The position numbers and the translations under genes were made by a program. Positions 56,159 to 64,000 of a DNA stretch of 64,000 nt are shown piece after piece (position 1 is the stretch's first letter; each line of letters starts with the position of its first letter). The stretch comes from Candidatus Merdivivens pullicola (lineage in GTDB: Bacteria > Bacteroidota > Bacteroidia > Bacteroidales > UBA932). Below the pieces are notes generated by a model. The model was not told the DNA's origin. It made no database searches and worked only from the letters and a program-made list of their open reading frames with translations. Location of the stretch: assembly GCA_017694945.1 (NCBI GenBank), contig JADIMA010000007.1, positions 1,722 through 65,721 on the forward strand. The letters are read 5' to 3'.

Positions 56159-57595
56159 TTATTCTGCAGGTGTGGTTAGGATTTCATCATAAATTTGCCA
56201 GTTTCCGAATGTGCCTCCGTCTCCTTCGGCAGTGAAGCCTACGGCCCAGATATAGTATGATGTTTCAGGTATTATGCCGTCGTTCCAGTTGTCGAAAACA
56301 TGGTCGTATGTGCCTGTCTGGGCAAACATTTCGGCATAACTGCTCAAAGGAAGGCCGAAATTGTCGCATACATCTATTATGAACTGTGGGGGATAGTCTT
56401 TGTAAGGTTCAAATTCGTAGTCGGCCACTGCCAAAGCAAAATATTGGGCGTCAGGGTCTGATGGAACGAAAACCCCGTGCAGATTCCATGCGTCTATGAC
56501 TTCGGCTGTTATTTCAAATGTGAGGTCGTCCGAACTTGTGGGCGGAAGGGTTTTGAACGTTTTTTTGAATATCTTCGTGTTAGGAACAGTGTTCCATCCG
56601 AACACAAGGACTGTGTGTTCCGTATTCGGATACAATGTGCCTTCGGGGTATGTCATGTACATTGCCTGATTAAAAAGGTTGCCGTCGTAAACATAGTCGG
56701 TATATACGTTTATGAGCAGGTCGTGGAGTTCTTCTTCCGAGTATCCTTCAATGTCATAACTTTCAACAAGCACCAGCGAGAATGGGTCGCTGTTTGACGG
56801 GGTAACATATACAACTGCGCTTGATGAAGTGACATCCTCTACTTCTATTACGAAAGTGTTGTCCGACTGAGGGGCTTCTCCCGTTTCAAGCGTTGCGTAT
56901 TCTACAGGGGTTATTCTATTCAATTCGTTGTCTATACCCGCTGCCAGGACATATTCGGTCTCTTCATAAGTGGTGTCCGCCATCCACTCGTCAAAGCCTA
57001 CTGTGATGTAGTGGTCCCAGATTGAACTGCCGAAGATAGCATAGTAGTTGTCCAGTGCTGCCTGCCATGCGTCTTCCACGGAGCCTCCGCCCAGTTCGTT
57101 TACTTGGGCCTGTGTCATGGTTTCACGGTAATAGTACATTTCCATGTCGGTCGGCGTGATGGAGCAATACATCATCATGGCCGCTTCATCAAAATCAATG
57201 TTGATGTCAAAATATTTTTCCGGATCAGGTTCGGGTTCGACAGTTGCTGATGTGTCAAGTGTTACTGAAAATTTCGTCCAGTCCGACTCGGTGTATTTTT
57301 CCAAATCGGCTGGTACCGCTTTTACGCTTATTTCATATGTCTGTCCACTTTCAAGACCTGAATAACCGGCTTCAAGTGATTCGGTATCTGTTATGTCTCC
57401 CATGAAATCGACAGAATAACATCCCGCGTTTTCAACGGCTTCCCAACTGATTGTAAACGAAGAGTCTGTTTTTGATTCCAAGGTGATTGCCGGGGCTTCC
57501 AGTTTTGTTGCGGGGACAGGAGCCGGTTCCGGCTGTTCACAGGATATGGCGCAGGCAAATGCTGCAAATAATAGGATTGATTTCAGTTTGTTCAT
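56159..57595 (-). CDS. Surface lipoprotein: FN3 domain, short acidic linker, three copies of an unassigned module
   Basis: 478 aa from MNKLKSILLFAAFACAISC (lipobox). FN3-like SSFTISWEAVENAGCYSV...TYEISVKAV. The start is chosen downstream of the -7 box at 57623-57630. Confidence 0.6.
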   Translation of the reverse strand: MNKLKSILLFAAFACAISCEQPEPAPVPATKLEAPAITLESKTDSSFTISWEAVENAGCYSVDFMGDITDTESLEAGYSGLESGQTYEISVKAVPADLEKYTESDWTKFSVTLDTSATVEPEPDPEKYFDINIDFDEAAMMMYCSITPTDMEMYYYRETMTQAQVNELGGGSVEDAWQAALDNYYAIFGSSIWDHYITVGFDEWMADTTYEETEYVLAAGIDNELNRITPVEYATLETGEAPQSDNTFVIEVEDVTSSSAVVYVTPSNSDPFSLVLVESYDIEGYSEEELHDLLINVYTDYVYDGNLFNQAMYMTYPEGTLYPNTEHTVLVFGWNTVPNTKIFKKTFKTLPPTSSDDLTFEITAEVIDAWNLHGVFVPSDPDAQYFALAVADYEFEPYKDYPPQFIIDVCDNFGLPLSSYAEMFAQTGTYDHVFDNWNDGIIPETSYYIWAVGFTAEGDGGTFGNWQIYDEILTTPAE

Positions 57596-57622
57596 GATGC
57601 AATAATTTGAAATTTCCAAGTC

Positions 57623-57630
57623 CAAATTTA
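57623..57630 (-). promoter_or_regulatory. -7 promoter box TAAATTTG for the lipoprotein pair
   Basis: Exact TAnnTTTG on the minus strand, between the regulator stop (57665) and the lipoprotein ATG (57595). Confidence 0.45.
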
Positions 57631-57664
57631 GCATTTCGTAATAGAATTTCTACATAAAAATGTA

Positions 57665-59362
57665 TCAATTCTGACAATTGTCGGCTTTGGAAAGGACAAT
57701 TATCTTTTCACGGTATTTTGCCGGGGTCATTCCCACTTTGTCTTTGAACAGTTTGTAAAATGTCGTTATTGAACTGAAACCGAGGTGCGAACTCAGGGCT
57801 TTGAGAGGCATGTCGTTTTTCGGGTCAGACAATATTTCAATTGCCTCATTTATTCTGAAATCGTTTATGTATGTGATAAATGACTGTCCTGTCTTTTCTT
57901 TTATTACCTGTGAAAGATATGTGCGGTTGCTGTTCATGAGTTCGGAGACACGTTCCCTGGTCAGATTGAGTTCCCTGTAGATTTTTTCATTTTTCATAAG
58001 GGATTCCAACCTCTCGAATATATCGTCGTACTTGTCGTTCCGGCTCTCGGTCTTGCTCCCTTCGGAAGAGTTCAGGGCGGTGGCTTTGAGTTTCTCAACT
58101 GTCTCTTTATATTGACGGGCTATTTGGAGATACATGTGGTTTTTGTGTCTGTACATCAACCATATAGCCAGCAGGCATATCAGGACAAGTGCGAAGGCGG
58201 TCAATATACTCTGCATTTCCCTGTCCTTTTTTACCATTTCAAGATTGTGTTGCTGTATCTGCCTCTCGTGCCTTTCGTTTTCGTATTTTCTTGTAAGTTC
58301 GTTGACATCCCTTTCTCTCTCGATGTTGAAGATGTCTATGGAAGTAGTGTGAAAAAGTTTGTATTCTTCGAGAGCGTCCTTGTATTTTCCCAGCCTTGCG
58401 TAGGCTTCCGACTTTGCGTTGTGGAGTTGATAGGTGTAAATCCTGTTGTGCTTTGACTCGGCGAGGTCAATGCCTTTGTCAAGCATTTCAAGAGCTTCAT
58501 TATTTTTTTCCGTATTCAGTAAAAAATTCCCGTATGAAAGGTAAATGGCAATGGCTGTTGTCGCGGATGCTCTTCCTATGTCATTGAGAGCCATTTCGTA
58601 ATACCGTTGCGCTTCTTTAGTCTTCCCCTCGGCGGCCATTATCTCGGCATACAGTCTGTATATTCCCATCTCATCGGAATATTTGTCGGCAAGTGACATG
58701 GCTTCTTGTGCATATTTTTTTGCTTGGGCGGTTTCGCCTTTTAGACTGTACATCATGGCGCATGTGCTGGAGCCGGTATAAATAATGTACGAGTCGTTGA
58801 ACTCTTTTCCGTATCCGTATATTTCAAGGGCGTATTTGAGACCGGAAGAGTCTTTACGCAGGGCGTATGCTATCACCATGTTGGAGCCCAGTATGGCGTA
58901 GTTGATGTAATCTTTCTGTTTTTCGGCCAGTTGTGAACCTGTCATGAAATACTCTATGGCTTTTTCATAGTTCATGTCAATGGTTATGGAGTATATGCCC
59001 ATGCCGTTGCATATGGCATACATTGCCTTGTAATTTTCAGGACGGCGGTTGCTGCTGTCAATCCTGCTCCAAATTTCAAGCCCTTTGTTGAAGTAAAAAT
59101 AGGCGGAGTCGTAGTTGTCCATTGCAATCTGCGCCTGCCCGATATAACTGTCTGCAAGCATTTCGTCCGACAGCGATCCGGTTTCAAGTGCCTTTTCCTT
59201 AAGGCATTTGGCATATTCAAGGGCTTTGCCGAATCTGCCAGAATACATGTAGCCGAGGTATTCCGAAGTGTTGCCTTGCGCCGAACATGGCCAGGGGTAC
59301 ACTGAACAGGTGCAATACAGTGCGATGATGCAGGTTGTTAATATTTTCGCAAATTTCCCCAT
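57665..59362 (-). CDS. Membrane-spanning one-component regulator: periplasmic TPR domain, TM helix, cytoplasmic AraC/XylS HTH
   Basis: N-terminal signal/anchor, about 330 aa of TPR-like repeats, a coiled coil and the TM helix ILTAFALVLICLLAIWLMY. The C-terminal HTH_AraC block is TYLSQVIKEKTGQSFITYINDFRINEA...LGFSSITTFYKLFKDKVGMTPAKYRE. The start is set at MGKFAKIL, 18 nt after a -7 box. Confidence 0.75.
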   Translation of the reverse strand: MGKFAKILTTCIIALYCTCSVYPWPCSAQGNTSEYLGYMYSGRFGKALEYAKCLKEKALETGSLSDEMLADSYIGQAQIAMDNYDSAYFYFNKGLEIWSRIDSSNRRPENYKAMYAICNGMGIYSITIDMNYEKAIEYFMTGSQLAEKQKDYINYAILGSNMVIAYALRKDSSGLKYALEIYGYGKEFNDSYIIYTGSSTCAMMYSLKGETAQAKKYAQEAMSLADKYSDEMGIYRLYAEIMAAEGKTKEAQRYYEMALNDIGRASATTAIAIYLSYGNFLLNTEKNNEALEMLDKGIDLAESKHNRIYTYQLHNAKSEAYARLGKYKDALEEYKLFHTTSIDIFNIERERDVNELTRKYENERHERQIQQHNLEMVKKDREMQSILTAFALVLICLLAIWLMYRHKNHMYLQIARQYKETVEKLKATALNSSEGSKTESRNDKYDDIFERLESLMKNEKIYRELNLTRERVSELMNSNRTYLSQVIKEKTGQSFITYINDFRINEAIEILSDPKNDMPLKALSSHLGFSSITTFYKLFKDKVGMTPAKYREKIIVLSKADNCQN

Positions 59363-59380
59363 AATCCGAAAAAAATCTTT

Positions 59381-59388
59381 CAAAGATA
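59381..59388 (-). promoter_or_regulatory. -7 promoter box TATCTTTG for the TPR-AraC regulator
   Basis: Exact TAnnTTTG on the minus strand. It is back-to-back with the thiL-like promoter box, 22 nt away. Confidence 0.45.
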
Positions 59389-59409
59389 GGCATTTTTTCA
59401 TTTGATTCT

Positions 59410-59417
59410 TAAATTTG
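59410..59417 (+). promoter_or_regulatory. -7 promoter box TAAATTTG for the ThiL-like gene
   Basis: Exact TAnnTTTG, 29 nt upstream of the ATG at 59447. Confidence 0.45.
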
Positions 59418-59446
59418 CATCCGTTAGGTTTTTAAAGTCAGTTGAG

Positions 59447-60469
59447 ATGAGTAATGAAGAAAATGCAAAACAGCCTGAAAGTTTTGCTTCCATTGGCAAG
59501 GTAGAGGCTGTCCGCCGCATGTATGCAGAAAGCCTTTTTTCATATTGTAATGTTTTGAGCATGCCGTCGTCCGGTTCCGGCAAGGCGGTGCGGTCGTCTT
59601 CTGTCCTTTTTCTGGAAGGGACTGATTTTGATTTGGTATATACGCCATTGAAGCATCTTGGGTATAAAAGCACTCTGGCTGCTCTTGGAGAATTGTATGT
59701 GAAGATGGCGCTTCCTTACGGCATGGCGGTGCGGTTTGGTGTTTCTGCCAAATTGGATTTTCCGCAGGTGCGAGAATTGTGGTCGGGCATTGTCGCTGCG
59801 GCAAAAGAACATGGCGTCAAGGCTGTTTCCTTTGACTTGCAGCCTTCGAAGAACGGGCTTGCAATCTCGGTTTCCGCTTTCGGAGCCGTACCTTCTGGAT
59901 TGAAAGAGCCGGAGGCTCCCCGTTCCATGGATCTCATCTGTGTTTCCGACAATCTGGGTTCCGCATACATGGGGCTTCATGTGCTGGAAAGGGAAAAGGC
60001 GGCATTCAATGCTTCTTCGGACAAGGACAGGCAGCCTGAACTGGCAAAGTACGAATACCTTTTGAAGGCTTACCTGCGCCCTGAAATCAAGGGCGGCATT
60101 GTAAAGGAGTTCGAGGAGGCCGGATTTGTGCCGTCATGCGGTTATTTCGTGCGCAACGGGCTTGCTGATGCGGTAAAACGGCTTTCAAGCGATACCGGTC
60201 TTGGGGCGAAAATATATCTTGACCGCATTCCGATTGCAGACAAGGTTTTTGAGATGGCGGAAGAAATCGGCATGGATCCGGTTGCTGCCGCTCTGAACGG
60301 AGGCGATGATTTCAGATACCTGTTCACCATCCCGATAGGCCGGCACGATGCTTTCCGCCGGGACTTCCAGACTTTTGATGTGATAGGCCATCTTGCGAAG
60401 CCTGAAGCCAGGGCTGTCATTGTGACGCCTGAAGGAGCCGAGCTTCCTTTGCACGCGCAGGGGTGGTGA
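59447..60469 (+). CDS. thiL: ThiL-like (AIR synthase-related, thiamine-monophosphate kinase family) protein
   Basis: 340 aa with FDLVYTPLKHLGYKS and GGDDFRYLFTIP blocks of the PurM/ThiL fold. Several Asp-containing motifs of E. coli ThiL appear substituted (see findings). Confidence 0.55.
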   Translation: MSNEENAKQPESFASIGKVEAVRRMYAESLFSYCNVLSMPSSGSGKAVRSSSVLFLEGTDFDLVYTPLKHLGYKSTLAALGELYVKMALPYGMAVRFGVSAKLDFPQVRELWSGIVAAAKEHGVKAVSFDLQPSKNGLAISVSAFGAVPSGLKEPEAPRSMDLICVSDNLGSAYMGLHVLEREKAAFNASSDKDRQPELAKYEYLLKAYLRPEIKGGIVKEFEEAGFVPSCGYFVRNGLADAVKRLSSDTGLGAKIYLDRIPIADKVFEMAEEIGMDPVAAALNGGDDFRYLFTIPIGRHDAFRRDFQTFDVIGHLAKPEARAVIVTPEGAELPLHAQGW

Positions 60470-60563
60470 TTAAACTTTTTGAGCCGATATTAAACTTTTA
60501 CCATTTACTTTTTTTGTAAAATACTGATAATCAATATTGTTTTTTGCCCGAGATTAAACTTTT
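60469..60563 (+). repeat. Three direct copies of ATTAAACTTTT upstream of the C10 protease gene
   Basis: Exact 11-mers at 60469-60479, 60489-60499 and 60553-60563. The first begins at the last base of the thiL-like stop codon. Confidence 0.85.
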
Positions 60564-60616
60564 TATTTTGAGTGAAATATTTCTTTGATTACTTTTACAG
60601 AAAAATAGATGTAGTT

Positions 60617-61918
60617 ATGAGAAATATTGTTGTTAGATTAATGGTTGTAATCCTATTATTAGTTGGATGTAGCAAAAATGAAAGAGAGTTGTTGCCAAGT
60701 AACGTGACAAGTGAAAAGTCGCATGTTATACCAGTGGAAGAAGTATTGGCGAGCTTAGAGTGTTATTCTAATTCTTTTACAAAATCCAGTTCAAATAAAA
60801 GGGTCGTAAAGAATATATTTGCTGTGGGTTATTCTGGGCATACAAAGTCAAGTGATTTGGATACATTATTATATGTAGCGAATTTTGAAGATAATAGAGG
60901 ATATGCTATTATGTCGGCAGACTATAGAATAAAAGAAAGTCTTATGGCATTTTCAGAGGTCGGTTCGTTGGATTCTTCGGATTTTTACAATAACGATTTT
61001 AATCCGTTATTAGACACTGTGGATTTTTATGATGAATACCTTGATGATTATTTAATCGGAGGAAGTAATGAGAGTGGAGAAAAGCATATTTTACAGGGAA
61101 TAGTAGAGTATGCAAATTATCAAGTTAATAAAAGTTCCAATGAACCAGTCACTGATATAGGTGATGATAATCCATATTTTGATCTTCCGGGGGTAGTAAG
61201 ACCGGATACATGGATAGAGATAAGGAATGTAGTTTATGAAACGGTAGATGATGTTGAGCCTCTGTTGAAGACAAGATGGAATCAAGGTTCTCCCTACAAT
61301 GATATGGTGGTGCCGCATGGAAGTTATGCCGGGTGTGTCCCTGTAGCAGTAGCGCAGATTATGGCGTTTAATAAATACCCTGCTAATTATACAATAAACG
61401 GGATTCATATAGTTTGGGACAAAATAACTCAAAAATCGTATGTGCCGGTTAATACTTCTGAAGCATTAATGGTGGCTGCTTTAATAGGTTGCATACAAAC
61501 GGCATGTCATTCAGTATCATTTGGAGGAAGTGGAACCTTTACGTTTCCATGTTATGTCGAAGATTATTTAAAACAAATTGGATATGTAAATGTGCTTCGC
61601 ACTAAAAAATATAATGAAGATGCAGTTATTAAGGCTATAAAAGGAGGTTATCCAGTATTTATGTCAGGTATGGATGGAATAAAAGTTTGGAATGCTCATG
61701 CTTGGGTGGCTGATGGAGTTAAGCGGGAGGTTAGGAAATTTGACAGGTATGATCATGCTTCTGGAGAGTATATTGACTCAAAATCAGTAATAGCGTGGAA
61801 TCATATACATTGCGTATGGGGTACAACTTCCACATGGGTGGCTAATGGTTATTTTAAATATAACGGTGAAGTTTATGATACATTTAGAGTTATTACATAT
61901 GAGGTACCTAAAAATTAG
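60617..61918 (+). CDS. C10-family (streptopain/SpeB-like) cysteine peptidase lipoprotein with N-terminal Spi-type pro-domain
   Basis: Lipobox LLLVGCS. Pro-domain LLYVANFEDNRGYAIMSADYRI. Catalytic Cys context RWNQGSPYN...YAGCVPVAVAQIMAF and His context NAHAWVADG. The ORF-track GTG start at 60572 is replaced by the ATG at 60617. Confidence 0.8.
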   Translation: MRNIVVRLMVVILLLVGCSKNERELLPSNVTSEKSHVIPVEEVLASLECYSNSFTKSSSNKRVVKNIFAVGYSGHTKSSDLDTLLYVANFEDNRGYAIMSADYRIKESLMAFSEVGSLDSSDFYNNDFNPLLDTVDFYDEYLDDYLIGGSNESGEKHILQGIVEYANYQVNKSSNEPVTDIGDDNPYFDLPGVVRPDTWIEIRNVVYETVDDVEPLLKTRWNQGSPYNDMVVPHGSYAGCVPVAVAQIMAFNKYPANYTINGIHIVWDKITQKSYVPVNTSEALMVAALIGCIQTACHSVSFGGSGTFTFPCYVEDYLKQIGYVNVLRTKKYNEDAVIKAIKGGYPVFMSGMDGIKVWNAHAWVADGVKREVRKFDRYDHASGEYIDSKSVIAWNHIHCVWGTTSTWVANGYFKYNGEVYDTFRVITYEVPKN

Positions 61919-61922
61919 CATT

Positions 61923-62507
61923 ATGTCGAATAAACACTTTATCTGCTTCACGTGTCTCATGGCTATGTTCCTGCTTCCTTTCCATGCGTTTTCACGCGAG
62001 GCAGAGGCGACCGAGGTAGCGGAAGATGGCCACAAACCCACATATATGGGGTCTGTATCGGTGGGTACCTATGGTTTGTTGGCGGTTCCGTTCCTCGGGC
62101 CTTATATAGGCCCTACGGCAGTGTCGGTGTTTACTTCGCATGGCATTTATTTTCCGGATGCGAGAGTTTATACCGGCATCAGTTTTGAATTGATGAATTT
62201 TGACTACGGACTGGCTTATACATTACATACGAAATACTATTTCAAGTCAAAGAAGATAGCAAAACCGTTTATAGGAGTCGAGGCGGGAGGATTTTCCGAA
62301 TTTTCTGCATTACGGGACAACCGTCCTGCCACGCCATATTCCGAACCGAAAGTGTATTTTTATGCCGCACCTTCGGTAGGGATAGCCAACTGCTTTAAAA
62401 AGGTGACCTTTGAAATAAGTGTCAGGACGCTGATTATTCCGGGTATTACTGTAGAGCGTGGGAGTTGGCATAGTGGCATAGGGGTGGTGCTTGGCTTGGC
62501 GTTTTAA
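61923..62507 (+). CDS. Small secreted beta-rich protein, probable outer-membrane beta-barrel
   Basis: 194 aa from MSNKHFICFTCLMAMFLLPFHAFS (signal peptide). It shows alternating hydrophobic/aromatic strands and has a C-terminal Phe. It starts 4 nt after the C10 stop. Confidence 0.45.
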   Translation: MSNKHFICFTCLMAMFLLPFHAFSREAEATEVAEDGHKPTYMGSVSVGTYGLLAVPFLGPYIGPTAVSVFTSHGIYFPDARVYTGISFELMNFDYGLAYTLHTKYYFKSKKIAKPFIGVEAGGFSEFSALRDNRPATPYSEPKVYFYAAPSVGIANCFKKVTFEISVRTLIIPGITVERGSWHSGIGVVLGLAF

Positions 62508-62515
62508 GGTGTACC

Positions 62516-63808
62516 CTAAATTACAGTCAGAACGAAGCCGGTAATGTCGTCAATGATTTTTTCAGGTATCATGCCTTGTACCGCATATTCCGTAGGGGAC
62601 GGTTCGCCCTCTCCTTTATGGAATATATGGTTCAGTCCCGGATATGAGATGAAGAAAACATTTGTGTCCTCTGCCGTTTCGGAAACCCAGTCTTTCCACA
62701 TTTCAAATTCTTCGCATGATACCTGATAGTCCCTTTCACCTTGAAGGAACAGCATCGGAAATCCTTTGGAGCAGAGTTCAGCTATGGCGGCCTGTTTGTC
62801 ATAGTCCACTCCTTTGGTGTAGCATTCCGGCAAGTCGTTGAACATCTTCCGCATCTGCTCGATGTCTTCCGGTGTATTGAAGGGTTCTACGGTTTTGAGT
62901 TGGCGTTCAAATGATTCGCGCATGGTCAGCGCAGGCGCGGCAAGCATGATTATGCCGTCGATCGTGCCTTTTCTGTCGGACAAGGCAATCTGTGGGGCCA
63001 TGCCTGCTCCCAGAGAATGTCCTGCTATGAAGATGTGTCTGAATCCGAGTGAGTCCGCCAACAAGGCTGCTGAAAGAGCATCATCCGTGCATTCCTCTTC
63101 TATGGTAGGTGAAGCGGGGTCTTTGAAAGCATCATTGCCGTATGTGAATGTGCGTTTGTCGTAGCGCAGTACGGCTATCCCTTTGTGTGACAGGGCGCAT
63201 GCGATTTCCTTGAACAGTCTGTTAGGCCCGATCTGCTCGTCCATGCCGTTAGGCCCTGAGCCGTGAACCATGATTAATACCGGTGTGGCGGCGATGGTCT
63301 CCGGCGAAGCATCGGAGGGCAGTGTCAGTTTTCCTGGCAAGGAGAACATGCCTGTGTGTACTGTGATGTCCTTTTCTTTCCAGCCTTCGGTAAGGGAGTA
63401 AATGTCTTTGGCATTCCCGGCAGGTTCCGGCAAAGCCTGTGTGATTTGCAGCCCTGCTATTTTCCCGCCCATGCCATAGACTATGACTAAGGCCGCCTTG
63501 CCGTTTTCAAAGGTCAAGTTGCACCAGGTGCCTCCGGGAACTCCGTCCAGGTCATGCCATTGCCCGTTGGAGACATAGTCGCCCATCTGTGACTCGATGC
63601 CGTCCCAGAGCGAGGACAGTTGTTCGGAAGTTACCATGGAGCGCACCGTCTCGTCGCACATCATATATACCGGGTTTCCTTGTCCGCCTTTCAGCAGGTC
63701 GAGGATGATTTGTGGCTTGCCGCTGCCCGGCTGGCATCTGACATATTCAACGGGAAAAAGCAGAAGCATTATTGCTATAGTGATAAAGTATCGGAGGAAA
63801 ATGTTCAT
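62516..63808 (-). CDS. Secreted alpha/beta hydrolase (serine hydrolase) with N-terminal accessory domain
   Basis: 430 aa with a signal peptide, the HGSGPNGMDE oxyanion region and the nucleophile elbow AGHSLGAG. Confidence 0.7.
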   Translation of the reverse strand: MNIFLRYFITIAIMLLLFPVEYVRCQPGSGKPQIILDLLKGGQGNPVYMMCDETVRSMVTSEQLSSLWDGIESQMGDYVSNGQWHDLDGVPGGTWCNLTFENGKAALVIVYGMGGKIAGLQITQALPEPAGNAKDIYSLTEGWKEKDITVHTGMFSLPGKLTLPSDASPETIAATPVLIMVHGSGPNGMDEQIGPNRLFKEIACALSHKGIAVLRYDKRTFTYGNDAFKDPASPTIEEECTDDALSAALLADSLGFRHIFIAGHSLGAGMAPQIALSDRKGTIDGIIMLAAPALTMRESFERQLKTVEPFNTPEDIEQMRKMFNDLPECYTKGVDYDKQAAIAELCSKGFPMLFLQGERDYQVSCEEFEMWKDWVSETAEDTNVFFISYPGLNHIFHKGEGEPSPTEYAVQGMIPEKIIDDITGFVLTVI

Positions 63809-63842
63809 CGTTTTATGCGATTTTTTGAAAAATTTACGGAGA

Positions 63843-63850
63843 CAAAGGTA
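63843..63850 (-). promoter_or_regulatory. -7 promoter box TACCTTTG for the alpha/beta hydrolase gene
   Basis: Exact TAnnTTTG on the minus strand, 34 nt upstream of the ATG at 63808. Confidence 0.4.
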
Positions 63851-63872
63851 ATGTTTTTGCGCAACTGTTTCC

Positions 63873-63880
63873 TATCTTTG
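63873..63880 (+). promoter_or_regulatory. -7 promoter box TATCTTTG for dnaE
   Basis: Exact TAnnTTTG, 28 nt upstream of the ATG at 63909. Confidence 0.4.
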
Positions 63881-63908
63881 TCCACGCAATTTTAAAATCG
63901 GAATCATT

Positions 63909-64000
63909 ATGTCATTTGTCCACCTTCATGTCCATTCGCAATATTCGATATTGGACGGGGCCGCCTCCGTCCAGAAACTTGTTGACAAGGCTCTTTCGTA
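63909..64000 (+). CDS. dnaE: DNA polymerase III alpha subunit, 5' fragment (runs off the window)
   Basis: MSFVHLHVHSQYSILDGAASVQKLVDKA is the canonical PHP-domain N-terminus of DnaE. Confidence 0.8.
   Translation, partial: MSFVHLHVHSQYSILDGAASVQKLVDKALS

Noticed and set aside
1-64000. Search for CRISPR arrays, transposases or integrases, restriction-modification, toxin-antitoxin, retron or DGR reverse transcriptases, or other recognisable defence systems.
   Set aside because: No regularly spaced repeat-spacer array is present, and no ORF in the six-frame track carries motifs of these families. The only repeats are the small non-coding elements reported above.

Overview
The window looks like a largely core chromosomal segment of a Bacteroidales (Bacteroidota) genome. 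The taxon call is an inference from three things: many exact TAnnTTTG '-7' promoter boxes, Bacteroidota-typical gene orders (coaX-OMP-TPR-lptC-ppiD; sigma54 activator-lptE-x-secG), and a split transketolase. All protein calls come from motifs I recognise by eye in the supplied translations; no database search was run.

I can support about 65 protein genes and one tRNA-Pro(UGG):
- Energy and central metabolism: frdA/frdB with no cytochrome b gene, mdh, split tkt, gcvH.
- DNA repair and replication: mfd, ruvA, ruvB, start of dnaE, class II RNR nrdJ.
- Translation and RNA: hflX, ybeY, mnmG, glyQS, lepA, trmN6-like.
- Fe-S assembly: split into sufS-sufE-DUF59 at about 22-24 kb and sufB-sufC-short sufD at about 52-55 kb.
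- Envelope: creD, lptC, ppiD-like, tonB, lptE, secG, lolD-like.
- Regulators: LytTR, ECF sigma/anti-sigma, domain-less sigma54 activator, PadR, TPR-AraC.
- Secreted hydrolases: GH2 beta-galactosidase, M6 metalloprotease, C10 cysteine protease, alpha/beta hydrolase.

I saw no transposase, integrase, CRISPR array, restriction or recognisable defence genes.

The most interesting signals are:
1. A cassette of a membrane-spanning TPR-AraC regulator plus two paralogous FN3/repeat-module surface lipoproteins that I cannot place in a family.
2. A family of small terminal-inverted-repeat elements. Their ends copy the 5' end of tRNA-Pro. They bracket mdh and follow frdB.
3. frdAB lacking the membrane-anchor gene.
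4. An AT-rich single-gene C10 protease islet bounded by direct repeats.
5. Four genes whose -7 box lies 4-7 nt from the start codon, implying leaderless mRNAs. Both suf operons are among them.
6. A PspC-PadR-PspC module and a LytTR plus membrane-anchored partner pair.
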